From: Macrostomum lignano
Taxonomy: Eukaryota
Length of the DNA stretch: 64,000 bases
Reading direction: 5' to 3'
Assembly: GCA_002269645.1 (NCBI GenBank)
Contig: NIVC01000067.1
Coordinates: 124,001 to 188,000, forward strand
Made by a program: the position numbers and the translations under genes. The notes below the pieces were generated by a model that was not told where the DNA came from, ran no database searches, and saw only the letters and a program-made list of their open reading frames with translations. Positions 1-25,261 of this stretch are shown here, piece by piece; positions within the stretch are counted from its first letter, which is position 1, and the number at the start of each line of letters is the position of its first letter.

Positions 1-584
1 CATGAAGGCGTGCTAGAAGAGGGCTGTGGTGCATGAAGGCGTGCTAGAAAAGGTCTGGGGTGCATGAGTCAATGTTTAGGTAAAATAATTTGTATCGTAA
101 TTTTTTTAAACACAAAAGCGAGTTCCGATTTGAAATTTATATTTTAATTATTGGCACCGGCAGGCCGCCCGCTTCAATCAAATATTGCCATTTTTGCAGT
201 TGAGCTCCACTCGCATGACTGACGGGGCAGAATTAATCAGAGATGCAGGAAGGATACGGTTAGGATTGACTGTGATCCCCCCATTGTTTGTGCATCCCAA
301 GCCAACTGCGCCCAAAAATTCAACACGGATGGACAGGTGAACTGTGGAACGAAATTCGACCAATTTTTATCAAGCACGCCTCGCTGCTTATTGGCCCTCT
401 GGGACACCGGCAAAGGCCAAGCATTGGAACAATGGCGCTTTGACAGATTCCCAATAAAACTTCCATTGTTTGGCAATCCGAAGTCATCAATAAATTTGCA
501 GAATTTCACAGCCCAAATGTCGGTCGATGCTGGCTGGCTTCGATACTTTTGATATTCAATTCGAAACTGGAACACATGCCAAGG

Positions 585-950
585 AAGTGCCATTAGATGT
601 GTTATAAGTGCCATTAGATGTGTTATAAGTGCCATTAGATGTGTTATAAGTGCCATTAGATGTGTTATAAGTGCCATTAGATGTGTTATAAGTGCCATTA
701 GATGTGTTATAAGTGCCATTAGATGTGTTATAAGTGCCATTAGATGTGTTATAAGTGCCATTAGATATGTTATAAGTGCCATTAGATGTGTCATAAGTGC
801 CATTAGATGTGTTATAAGTGCCATTAGATGTGTTGGAGGCGCCATTAGATGTGTTATAAGTGCCATTAGATGTGTTAGAGGCGCCATTAGATCTGTTAGA
901 GGCGCCATTAGATGTATTAGAGGCGTCATTAGATAAGTCGGAGGCGCCAT
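585..950. repeat. 21-bp minisatellite (AAGTGCCATTAGATGTGTTAT), ~17 copies
   Basis: Tandem unit read directly. It degenerates to GGCGCCATTAGAT at the right end and explains the MALITHL-repeat ORF 237..950. Confidence 0.95.
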
Positions 951-1766
951 TTACTGCACGATGGCATTAAGTGCGTCAGGAAGTGTTATTTTCAAACTCA
1001 ATGAACGCCATTTCATCTGCCAAGGACATTATTCAGGTGTTGAGTTGTCACCTAAGGTTGGTGTTATGATAATTAAGGTGCCGTCAGCAACATCATTTCA
1101 GGCAGCAAGACGTCATGCAATTCATTCGTCAAGGGAGCAGAGGGAGTCAGTCTCTTTGCTGTCAATAATATTTCAAACCCGCGGACAGACGGCACATTCA
1201 AACCCTGCCGATTTGCCACAGAAGCGGGCGATAAACTATAAAAAAATCAGCGACAAAAAATATGAGTAAGTGGGGAAGAAGCGGGCGATAAAGTTGGGAA
1301 CAGATCCCTAGACTTCGGGGCATTTCGGTGACTAAATTCGGCAATATAACGCCATAAGTGTTTTTTCGGTGTCAACCGCCATTCTTATCCGGCTCTTCTT
1401 CTATAAAAGCAACAGAAATATACTCGCTGCTAAAGGTTGGCATTCAATTTTCTGAAAAAGCCGCCAAAGAGAAGAGTATCGACAGCCACAAGGAATTTGG
1501 CGCTTAATTGAGGGAAGAAGGGTGTCAAATGGCGTCAAATATTTTATTGTCTTTCACGCTCACGCCAGCCTTTGGCCATTAAATTCTCCATGGAGTGCGG
1601 CAGCCCCCCTCACTTAAACACTGTAAAAATTAAAAGCAGGAGCTGCCGTCAGCGCCTTGTGGCGCATTCTTGGCGGCTTGCTTGCTTCTGCGAGAGTGAA
1701 AGCTGAAAAAGCAATCTCGCGTGTTAACCTATCACCTCATTCTGTTCTTCATGCCAGCTCTTCATG

Positions 1767-4054
1767 CACCCCTGCCCCATCTAGCACACGCAGACACAGC
1801 ACCTCTGTCCCATCTAGCACACACAGACACAGCACCTCTGTCCCCATCTAGCACACACAGACACAGCACCCATGTCCCATCTAGCACACACAGACACAGC
1901 ACCTCTGTCCCCATCTAGCACACACAGACACACAGCACCCCTGTCCCATCTAGCACACGCAGACACAGCACCTCTGTCCCATCTAGCACACACAGACACA
2001 GCACCCATGTCCCATCTAGCACACACAGACACAGCACCCATGTCCCATCTAGCACACACAGACACAGCACCTCTGTACCCATCTAGCACACACAGACACA
2101 CAGCACCCCTGTCCCATCTAGCACACGCAGACACAGCACCCCTGTCCCATCTAGCACACACAGACACAGCACCCCTGCCCCATCTAGCACACGCAGACAC
2201 AGCACCCCTGTCCCATCTAGCACACACAGACACAGCACCCCTGCCCCATCTAGCACACACAGACACAGCACCTCTGTCCCCATCTAGCACACACAGACAC
2301 AGAACCCATGTCCCATCTAGCACACACAGACACAGCACCTCTGTACCCATCTAGCACACACAGACACAGCACCCCTGTCCCATCTAGCACACACAGACAC
2401 AGCACCCCTGCCCCATCTAGCACACACAGACACAGCACCCCTGTCCCCATCTAGCACACGCAGACACAGCACCCCTGTCCCATCTAGCACACACAGACAC
2501 AGCACCCCTGTCCCCATCTAGCACACACAGACACAGCACCTCTGTCCCCATCTAGCACACACAGACACAGAACCCATGTCCCATCTAGCACACACAGACA
2601 CAGCACCTCTGTACCCATCTAGCACACACAGACACAGCACCCCTGTCCCATCTAGCACACACAGACACAGCACCCCTGCCCCATCTAGCACACACAGACA
2701 CAGCACCCCTGTCCCCATCTAGCACACACAGACACAGAACCTCTGTCCCCATCTAGCACACACAGACACAGCACCTCTGTCCCCATCTAGCACACACAGA
2801 CACAGAACCTCTGTCCCCATCTAGCACACACAGACACAACACCCCTGTCCCCATCTAGCACACACAGACACAGAACCTCTGTCCCCATCTAGCACACACA
2901 GACACAACACCCCTGTCCCCATCTAGCACACACAGACACAGCACCCCTGTCCCCATCTAGCACACACAGACACAGCACCTCTGTACCCATCTAGCACACA
3001 CAGACACAGCACCCCTGTCCCCATCTAGCACACACAGACACAGCACCCCTTTCCCCATCTAGCACACACAGACACAGCACCCCTGCCCCATCTAGCACAC
3101 ACAGACACAGCACCCCTGTCCCATCTAGCACACACAGACACAGCACCCCTGCCCCATCTAGCACACACAGACACAGCACCCCTGTCCCCATCTAGCACAC
3201 GCAGACACAGCACCCCTGTCCCATCTAGCACACACAGACACAGCACCCCTGCCCCATCTAGCACACACAGACACAGCACCTCTGTCCCCATCTAGCACAC
3301 ACAGACACAGAACCCATGTCCCATCTAGCACACACAGACACAGCACCTCTGTACCCATCTAGCACACACAGACACAGCACCCCTGTCCCATCTAGCACAC
3401 ACAGACACAGCACCCCTGCCCCATCTAGCACACACAGACACAGCACCCCTGTCCCCATCTAGCACACACAGACACAGAACCTCTGTCCCCATCTAGCACA
3501 CACAGACACAACACCCCTGTCCCCATCTAGCACACACAGACACAGAACCTCTGTCCCCATCTAGCACACACAGACACAACACCCCTGTCCCCATCTAGCA
3601 CACACAGACACAGAACCTCTGTCCCCATCTAGCACACACAGACACAACACCCCTGTCCCCATCTAGCACACACAGACACAGCACCCCTGTCCCCATCTAG
3701 CACACACAGACACAGCACCTCTGTACCCATCTAGCACACACAGACACAGCACCCCTGTCCCCATCTAGCACACACAGACACAGCACCCCTGTCCCCATCT
3801 AGCACACACAGACACAGCACCCCTGCCCCATCTAGCACACACAGACACAGCACCCCTGCCCCATCTAGCACACACAGACACAGCACCCCTGTCCCCATCT
3901 AGCACACACAGACACAGAACCTCTGTCCCCATCTAGCACACACAGACACAGCACCCCTGTCCCCATCTAGCACACACAGACACAGCACCCCTGTCCCCAT
4001 CTAGCACACACAGACACAGCACCCCTGTCCCCATCTAGCACACACAGACACAGC
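1767..4054. repeat. 33/34-bp minisatellite (CATCTAGCACACACAGACACAGCACCCCTGTCCC), roughly 68 copies
   Basis: Tandem unit read directly; source of the repetitive ORFs between 1721 and 3458. Confidence 0.95.
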
Positions 4055-4749
4055 ATTCTTCAGAATCCAAGTCACGCTGTAACTGCTAAACAGTGGATTC
4101 CTAAACAACGCATTCCTAAAAAGTGGATGATGAGGCAGTTATGCAATGCAAGAGACTTAAATAAGTTTCTTACAATCGCTCTGGCTTCAAAGTCGGCAGC
4201 GCATCCTGTTGCAGAAGCAGCAACACGCAGCAGAAGCAACAGTTACAGCTGAGGCAGCAGCTGTCTCCTCTTTCATTCGAATTTTTCTCTTTGTGCCACC
4301 AATATGGATACCGGAGCCTACCGCACCGGGGGCAATATTAAAATCTATAAGCCTCACAGACAGCCGCATTCCAGTACTTCATTTGCTGTGTAGCATCGCA
4401 CAATCACTGTATTGGAAGGTCACAATTGTTGGCAAAGATGACGCCCCGCTCGGGTTAAAATATGCATTGGCTGGCACGTCCGGTATTTTCATAATTATTT
4501 TTTCTATCTCTGTAAAGATAGGGATGCATTTTTTTGTATATCAACTCCCGATTTATAAATGGGATTTCAAGATGGAGTCTGGAGATCAAGTCATGCCGCA
4601 TCTTTGACTATTATAATAGCTGTGTGTGCGGGCGTCAGCTGACTTCGCTCCGCTCGACACCTCCGCTGTGAGGCTGTTGGGCTCCGTTATTGAAGGAGGC
4701 AGGTCTCTGCGCTATGATGACGCCGGGATGTTGCTGAAAGTCATCTGCG

Positions 4750-5472
4750 TATCATCTGTAGATTGTCTGTAGATATATCAGTAGATTTATATCTATCTAT
4801 GGATCACCTGTAGATCTATATCTATCTATGGATCACCTATAGATCTATATCTATCTATAGATCATCTGTAATCTATATCTATCTATGGATCACCTATAGA
4901 TCTATATCTATCTATAGATCATCTGTAATCTATATCTATCTATGGATCACCTATAGATAGATATCTATCTATGGATCACCTATAGATAGATATCTATCTA
5001 TGGATCATCTACAGATCTATATCTATCTATGGATCATCTGTAATCTATATCTATCTATGGATCACCTATAGATCTATATCTATCTATGGATCATCTGTAA
5101 TCTATATCTATCTATGGATCACCTGTAGATCTATATCTATCTATGGATCATCTGTAATCTATATCTATCTATGGATCACCTATAGATCTATATCTATCTA
5201 TGGATCATCTGTAATCTATATCTATCTATGGATCACCTATAGATCTATATCTATCTATGGATCATCTGTAATCTATATCTATCTATGGATCATCTATAGA
5301 TCTATATCTATCTATGGATCACCTATAGATCTATATCTATCTATGGATCATCTATAGATCTATATCTATCAATGGATCACCTGTAGATCTATATCTATCA
5401 ATGGATCACCTGTAGATCTATATCTATCAATGGATCACCTGTAGATCTATATCTATCTATGGATCATCTGTA
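4750..5472. repeat. 28/29-bp minisatellite (ATCTATATCTATCTATGGATCACCTGTAG)
   Basis: Tandem unit read directly; built from TATC units and AGATCT/GATC palindromes. Confidence 0.9.
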
Positions 5473-5559
5473 TAACTTTGAATATCGGTGAATCATTTGT
5501 AGACACTGGCACCCAAGCATCTAAAAACTTGCATAATTTCCGACAACAAAGCAGCGAAG

Positions 5560-5786
5560 CGTCAATCCGCAGTTTCTCCGGCAAAAACGGAATTTTTTAT
5601 TCCAGCCAATGACAGCCGGCCTGGGAGCTTCTCGGCCTGTGATTGGTCGGTCAATAGCGGTGGCTCCTTCAACCCGCCTCGGAGAGAGCAGTCTGAATAA
5701 AACTCTCTGCACCAGCAAAGCTCCGGCCATCGGATCGAAAGAAACTCCATAGACGAGTAAAAAGTTTGTCATTCAGCTTCATCGCT
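5560..5786 (+). promoter_or_regulatory. Putative proximal promoter/5' region of Nkx6
   Basis: CCAAT at 5606-5610 and reverse CCAAT (ATTGG) at 5642-5646, in unique GC-richer sequence just upstream of the ATG at 5787. The TSS is not determined. Confidence 0.35.
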
Positions 5787-17916
<12,130 letters not shown>

Positions 17917-18596
17917 AGAAGACATCGACTCGGACGGCGGTGCTCCAACGGACGGCCCGCCGCCGCGGCCGCCGCCACCGCCGCCCTGATGGCCGGGTTG
18001 GTGTTGTGGACCTCCGGCACCACGGCGGGTGACGTCTTCGTCGGGTGACGAGGATGAGGACGAGATGGAGGAGGAGGAGCGGAGGTCGCGCTGCTCAGCC
18101 CTGGAGATGTCCGCGGCGGCGAAGAAGCCGAGAATCAGTCACGACATTTGCTCTTGACGGAGTTCGATAGCGCAGATTTTCATTTTCAGTTTGTAAGCAA
18201 ACCTGAGGACCTAGAATTGAATTGCGCTCCACTTAGAAGGCTTCAAAAAAGGCACTCAATTTTTGCTTTATATTGCTACGTGCTTTTCATTGTTAGAATT
18301 GATTTTCTGTGCGAAAATTGCAACTGCACTATATCCATGAATCTCGTCTATGATTATGATTATCACAAACAACGAAGTTCCAAAATTTAAAAAATATAAA
18401 ACGACAAAGAATTTGCGGCATTAGAAAATCCTAGAACTGAGAACGTCCCATTCATCATCTCAAACCTTGAATTTCACAGCAAACAAAAAATAATTAAACC
18501 TTAAAAATATGAGTACTAATCTAAAACATAGACAATCTGAGGAGTAAGGCTTTGTGTAGTTTTTTGTGAAAATTTGAGACTCTGTTTTCTCGTCGG

Positions 18597-18852
18597 AGAT
18601 GAGAGAGAAGGAAATGAGAGAAGGAGATGGGAGAAAGTGATGAAAGAGGGAGATGAGAGAGGGATGAAGAGGGAGATAGAGAGGGAGATGAGAGAGGGAG
18701 ATGAGAGAGGGAGATGAGAGAGGGAGATGAGAGAGGGAGATGAGAGAGGGAGATGAGAGAGGGAGATGAGAGAGGGATGAGATGAGAGAGCAAGATGAGA
18801 GAGGGAGATGAGAGAGGGAGATGAGAGAGCAAGATGAGAGAGGGAGATGTGA
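18597..18852. repeat. 14-bp GA-rich minisatellite (GGGAGATGAGAGAG)
   Basis: Tandem unit read directly; follows the last detected ACE donor on the minus strand. Confidence 0.9.
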
Positions 18853-18872
18853 GGGAGAGGCAAACGGCTTAC

Positions 18873-21800
18873 AGGAACTTCTTTCCTGCCTTCTTGGACC
18901 GGTAGAAGTCGCACCGGTTCACCGGTCCCTTGTGCCCGCTGAGCTGGCACATCCTCCTGTGCAGCTGGAACTGCAAGATGAAGCTGAAATAATAGCGAAT
19001 ATAGCTGATGTCCTGGGCCACGTGGTATTTGGCTCCGGCGTCGAATCCTCCCGACGGCCGGTCCACCGGCGGGCAGATGCCGCCGTAGCGGGCGCGGAGG
19101 CCCCACCAGACCCGGTTGTAGGTGTCCGGACCGGCCGTCCCGTTGAACACCAGCCAGCGGAACACCCCGGTGGTGAGGGCGAAGGGCAGGAAGGCCACCT
19201 TCTCAAGAGCCATGGAGAACAGCCGGTTCAGCTCCGCGTCTGCGGTTGGTGCGAATGCGGATGTCTAGTGTGAATCACACTAGTAATGAATACGGGTCTA
19301 GTGTGAATGCAAGTCTAGTGTGAATGCGGGTCTAGTGTGAATGCAAGTCTAGTAATGAATGCGGGTCTAGTGTGAATGCAAGTCTAGTAATGAATGCGGG
19401 TCTAGTGTGAATGCAAGTCTAGTGTGAATACGGGTCTAGTGTGAATGCAAGTCTAGTAATGAATACGGGTCTAGTGTGAATGTAAGTCTAGTGTGAATGT
19501 GGGTCTACAAGCGTAGTGTGAATGGGGGCCTAGTGTTAATTGGCATCTAGCGTGGGTGTTTGTCTATGTTGTGAATGAGGGTCTAATGTGGATAGGTGTC
19601 TAGTGTGAATGTGGTCTAATGTAAACGTGGGTCTAGTGTGAGAGCCCTAGCTATTCACCCACACCGCATTGCACTGCAAATAGTGGCCCACCTGCAGCCT
19701 CTGTGCCGTTAGGCAGCATGCCCAGAGTGGCAAAGTGGGCCCTGGTGTTCACAGACAGAGACATTGTGTCACCAACGGCCTCGTGAAAGCCCGAATTGGC
19801 GCTGTTTCTGAACTCCCTCGGCTGGCGGCTGTAGGCCATGAAGTATTCGATGTGCCCCATCTCGTGGTGAATGACGTTGAAGTCCTCAGCCCGGACCCTG
19901 CCGCACATTTTTATTCGGAAATCTTTTCTGTTGGCGAACTCCCAGGCAGAGGCGTGGCAGTCCTTGACTATGGACGAGTTGGCTGGCTTGAAGAAGTCGC
20001 TGCGCTGCCAGAACTCCTTGGTCATGGCCGGCATCCCCAGCGACTTGTAGAAGCCTTCGGCGGCTCGCACCAACTCGGTGAAGTTGCCGAACTTTCTCAC
20101 CAGCAAGTCAGTGTAGTTCACGGCTGCCACGCGGCGCGGGAAATCCTCGGACTGGAGGCTCCACTGCTGAGCCCACTGGTCGTGGCCGAGGATGTGCGCC
20201 GGCAGGCAGCCGTCCGGCCGGAATTTCCCCGGGTACCGGCGCGACAGCCGGTGCCGCACGTAGGCCTGCAGCTGGGTGTACAGGTCGGACAGCTGGGCGT
20301 ACCAGGCCAGCACGTCCGAGTTGAAGCTGTCCGACTCGAAGTCCGAGCGCCAGTCGGCCTCGCCAAAGTCGCCATAGCCGATCTGGCGAGCGGACGAGTT
20401 GGCCAGGCGGACGTAGGCAGTGAAGTTGGTTGCCATGGCACCGGCGGCGGAGTCGTACCAGGAGCGCCAGACGCTCAGCTTGTAGTCGTAGCTGGCCGAG
20501 GCGTTGGCCAGGACGTCCGAGACGGCCTGCTCGCCGACTGGGAGGCAGCCTGCGGCGCTGTTGTTGCCGAGCTTCGGACAGGCGGCGATGTGCGAGTAGG
20601 AGTTTTGCAGACTCTGATGCAGCTCCGAGAGCTGGCTGTTGGATGGGGTGGGAGGTTGTCGAGAAATTGGGAAGCAGATTCACTATTTTCAATGATGACA
20701 GACAGATTAGACAGGTGGACACAGACAGATTAGACAGCTGGACACAGACAGATTAGACAGCTGGACACAGACAGATTAGACCAGTGGACACAGAAAGATT
20801 TAGACAGGTGGACACAGACAGATTAGACAGGTGGACACAGACAGATTAGACAGGTGGACACAGACAGATTAGACAGCTGGACACAGACAGATTAGACAGG
20901 TGGACACAGACAGATTAGACAGCTGGACACAGACAGATTAGACAGGTGGACACAGACAGATTAGACAGGTGGACACAGACAGATTAGACAGGTGGACACA
21001 GACAGATTAGACAGGTGGACACAGACAGATTAGACAGGTGGACACAGACAGATTAGACAGGTGGACACAGACAGATTAGACAGGTGGGACACAGACAGAT
21101 TAGACAGGTGGACACAGACAGATTAAACAGGTGGATATGCTCAAATCCCACTCACAGCCGGTCAGTCTCGTTCTCCAGCGTAGGGTCCAGCGTTAAAGCT
21201 TTAAATCGACGCCTCAGAGGGGCGTTTTGGAAGCTGCGCCATTGGAAACGCCTGGCGATGCGCAGGTTGCGCAGGCTCCACACCTCGACTCGATTCGATA
21301 GCGTCAGCAACTGCGGATGCGAAGGTTTTTTCGAGAGTTGGGGGCATTTTCACGTTGAACCGATTCACCAGCTTTCTGTCCTTCTGGGCTTCCAATGCGT
21401 TTCATTCATTGCAGGCTGACTGTTTTCCGTCACTCTACTGCCTGTCACTCTACTGCCTGTCACTCTACTGCCTGTCACTCTACTGCCTGTCACTCTACTG
21501 CCTGTCACTCTACTGCCTGTCACTCTACTGCCTGTCACTCTACTGCCTGTCACTCTACTGCCTGTCACTCTACTGCCTGTCACTCTACTGCCTGTCACTC
21601 TACTGCCTGTCACTCTACTGCCTGTCACTCTACTGCCTGTCACTCTACTGCCTGTCACTCTACTGCCTGTCACTCTACTGCCTGTCACTCTACTGCCTGT
21701 CACTCTACTGCCTGTCACTCTACTGCCTGTCACTCTACTGCCTGTCACTCTACTGCCTGTCACTCTACTGCCTGTCACTCTACTGCCTGTCACTCTACTG

Positions 21801-23601
21801 CCTGTCACTCTACTGCCTGTCACTCTACTGCCTGTCACTCTACTGCCTGTCACTCTACTGCCTGTCACTCTACTGCCTGTCACTCTACTGCCTGTCACTC
21901 TACTGCCTGTCACTCTACTGCCTGTCACTCTACTGCCTGTCACTCTACTGCCTGTCACTCTACTGCCTGTCACTCTACTGCCTGTCACTCTACTGCCTGT
22001 CACTCTACTGCCTGTCACTCTACTGCCTGTCACTCTACTGCCTGTCACTCTACTGCCTGTCACTCTACTGCCTGTCACTCTACTGCCTGTCACTCTACTG
22101 CCTGTCACTCTACTGCCTGTCACTCTACTGCCTGTCACTCTACTGCCTGTCACTCTACTGCCTGTCACTCTACTGCCTGTCACTCTACTGCCTGTCACTC
22201 CATTGCCTGTCACTCTACTCCATGTCTCTCTACTCCATGTCACTCTACTCCATGTCACACACTTGTCAGTCACTGTTCTACCAGTCACTCTACTGCCTGT
22301 CACTCTACTCCATGTCACTCTACTACATGTCACTCTACTCCATGTCACTCTACTCCATGTCACTCTACTCCATGTCTCTCTACTCCATGTCTCTCTACTC
22401 CATGTCACACACTTGTCAGTCACTCTTCTACCTGTCACTCCACTACCTGTCACTCCACTACCTGTCACTCTACTGCTTGTCACTCCACTCCAAATCTTAA
22501 CGTCACCTGAAGCCGATACTCTCCCCTGAACTCTTATGAATGTACCACTGTTGCGTGAAGTAAAAGCCCTCTCAGCCGTGAAAGTGCTTAAAAAATCAGA
22601 CTGTTCTCTCGCTCACCTGTTCAGAAAGTTTATCCTCCATTCGATTCGAGTAGGCAAAGTTGAACCGGTTGATAATGTTAGCGAAGTAGTCAGCCGATTT
22701 GCCGAACTTATCTATCCAAAGAGTGGCACAGGTTTCATTGTTGTTGCTGGTGCCTGCAGTAGTATTGGTTTCCGTTGTTGATTTTGTTGCTTCAGCGGTA
22801 TTGGGAAGACAAGCGGCTGGGAGTAGAGTAACAGAGAGTAGAGTGACAGAGAGTAGAGTGGCAGAGAGTAGAGTGACAGAGAGTAGAGTGACAGAGAGTA
22901 GAGTGACAGAGAGTAAAATGACAGAGAGTAGAGTGACAGAGAGTAGAGTGACAGGCAGTAAAGTGACATGGAGTAGAGTGACAGAGAGTAGAGTGACAGA
23001 GAGTAGAGTGACAGGGAGTAGAGTGACATGGAGTAGAGTGACAGGGAGTAGAGTGACAGAGAGTAGAGTGACAGAGAGTAGAGTGACAGGGCATGGAGTG
23101 ACAGGGCTTGGAGTGACAGGGCTTGGAGTGACAGGGCTTGGAGTGACAGGGCTTGGAGTGACAGGGCTTGGAGTGACAGGGCTTGGAGTGACAGGGCTTG
23201 GAGTGACAGGGCTTGGAGTGACAGGGCTTGGAGTGACAGGGCTTGGAGTGACAGGGCTTGGAGTGACAGGGCTTGGAGTGACAGGGCTTGGAGTGACAGG
23301 GCTTGGAGTGACAGGGCTTGGAGTGACAGGGCTTGGAGTGACAGGGCTTGGAGTGACAGGGCTTGGAGTGACAGGGCTTGGAGTGACAGGGCTTGGAGTG
23401 ACAGGGCTTGGAGTGACAGGGCTTGGAGTGACAGGGAAGGGCAGTGAAAAACCCGAACACGCCAGTGCCAGTCTCACAGAAGTCGATGGTCCTGTTTAGC
23501 CGTTTGGCCATCAAATTCTCGTCGTACTTTGGCGCAGCGGAGCCATGGACACCTACAGTGGAGCAACTGGCCGCTGTTAGCAGAAGCAGCAGGGCCAGCA
23601 T
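18873..23601 (-). CDS. ACE: Angiotensin-converting enzyme-like M2 zinc peptidase, single domain, 3' end not found; exons 23601-23478, 22816-22617, 21310-21156, 20635-19692, 19239-18873
   Basis: Signal peptide [20 protein letters not shown]. Zinc motif HHEMGH plus GFHEAVGD. Further ACE motifs: [60 protein letters not shown]. All GT-AG junctions are phase-consistent (1,0,2,1). Confidence 0.92.
19262..19640. repeat. ~17-bp minisatellite (TCTAGTGTGAATGCGGG) in ACE intron 4
   Basis: Tandem unit read directly; degenerates toward 19640. Confidence 0.88.
20697..21135. repeat. 23-bp minisatellite (GACAGATTAGACAGGTGGACACA) in ACE intron 3
   Basis: Tandem unit read directly. Confidence 0.93.
21430..22490 (+). 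repeat. 15-bp minisatellite (GTCACTCTACTGCCT and GTCACTCTACTCCAT variants) in ACE intron 2
   Basis: Tandem unit read directly; source of the SLYCL/CHSTA/RVTGS ORFs. Confidence 0.96.
22820..23436 (-). repeat. 15-bp minisatellite (GAGTAGAGTGACAGA, GAGTGACAGGGCTTG) in ACE intron 1, inverted relative to 21430-22490
   Basis: AGTGACATGGAGTAGAGTGAC here is the reverse complement of GTCACTCTACTCCATGTCACT in the intron 2 array. Confidence 0.93.
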
Positions 23602-24026
23602 AGTGTTTGAAAGCAGCAAGCAGTCTGGTACTACACACAACAGAGCTGGCTATTGCTGCATAAGCTGAGACGTTGGTTACTGCAAAATAGATTTCACTGT
23701 CTTACTGTGCGCGAGCAGCTGACTAAACTGTGAGCTGTCCTGCCCTTGCTTAATAAGAGTGTGGCTCTTGGCCGAGTGAGGGAGGAATTGAGGGCGCTGT
23801 GAGTGCAAGGCGTGGAGAAGGAGGTTCAGATATTGCAGAGAGACCATAGCTGTATCGATCTGTCATGGCATAATCGTAGTAGTTGGTCAGTGTTTGACTG
23901 TTGATTGGCTGTGGCTTACTAGTTTCGATGTTTCTTGGACCATTCTAAACAGCTCAGCCTAAACAGTTTTATTTTCATTTCCATTGACAGCGATTTGGGT
24001 TTAGTGCTGCCAAACGTCCTGTACAT

Positions 24027-24528
24027 GAAGGTCCCGAAGGTCCCGAAGGTCCCGAAGGTCCCGAAGGTCCCGAAGGTCCCGAAGGTCCCGAAGGTCCCGA
24101 AGGTCCCGAAGGTCCCGAAGGTCCCGAAGGTCCCGAAGGTCCCGAAGGTCCCGAAGGTCCCGAAGGTCCCGAAGGTCCCGAAGGTCCCGAAGGTCCCGAA
24201 GGTCCCGAAGGTCCCGAAGGTCCCGAAGGTCCCGAAGGTCCCGAAGGTCCCGAAGGTCCCGAAGGTCCCGAAGGTCCCGAAGGTCCCGAAGGTCCCGAAG
24301 GTCCCGAAGGTCCCGAAGGTCCCGAAGGTCCCGAAGGTCCCGAAGGTCCCGAAGGTCCCGAAGGTCCCGAAGGTCCCGAAGGTCCCGAAGGTCCCGAAGG
24401 TCCCGAAGGTCCCGAAGGTCCCGAAGGTCCCGAAGGTCCCGAAGGTCCCGAAGGTCCCGAAGGTCCCGAAGGTCCCGAAGGTCCCGAAGGTCCCGAAGGT
24501 CCCGAAGGTCCCGAAGGTCCCGAAGGTC
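24027..24528. repeat. Perfect 9-bp minisatellite (GAAGGTCCC), ~55 copies
   Basis: Read directly; explains the (KVP)n ORF 23935..24552. Confidence 0.97.
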
Positions 24529-25261
24529 TTTTTAGAATCTAGAAAATGCTGAGAACCAAAAAGACAAGTTAGAGTTCTAGTTTAAAGCTCTATAATAGTT
24601 AGCAAGCTAATAAATTATTGAAATTCCCAAGAAAATCTCTAGATAGTCTACAAGGTCTATAAGAATCTACAAAGGTGCAAGCAGAACAAAATTTAATATC
24701 CTGCCTTCAGGACGATCCACGGAATGAGAATGAGAGGATTTTTTCCCTTAATTTCCTGTCTGGAAACAAAGTTTCCTTGTTGAAGAACAAAACTCTCTGC
24801 CTAAGAGAAATTTAACTCCTAGCCTAAGTGAGCACAGAGCGTACGCCATTGCAGGCAGCTCTCAATGGTACTCAGCCATAAGGGTGCTCAGAATATCGAG
24901 GCCAAGAGTCTCCACGATTAGGGCACATGGGTTCGAATCTGGGCGACACTACAGAGTAATTTGTTCGTCCGTACACAAAAATTAGCCTGAGATTTTTCCT
25001 GCCGTTTTCGCCCATGAGTGCCAACCTCAAAGCACAGATACTAGAATAACTGGATGGGCCACTCAGCACATTAGCGTATAAACTACTTTCAGTTCAGTAG
25101 TAAGTTAAACAGAAGCATTTTAATGTACTTTTAAAGCCAAGGCTCAATTTATTGGCTCTTTACACCCAGCTTAAACCCTCCAACTGCGCCTTTCCGCACT
25201 ACCCCCCGCCCGCCCCGCCCCAATTTTTATTGCCTTTCTCGGACATCCAGCCTAAACTGCT

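Noticed and set aside
21311-21420. Apparent frameshift at the start of ACE exon 3
   Set aside because: Resolved by using the acceptor CCGCAG| at 21311, which gives an in-frame, ACE-alignable exon.
21355-24552. Long repetitive ORFs (SLYCL, CHSTA, RVTGS, VTGLG, KVP), and similarly 237..950, 26226..26867 and 33044..34160
   Set aside because: They are minisatellites with unit lengths divisible by three, lying in introns or intergenic DNA; no coding evidence.
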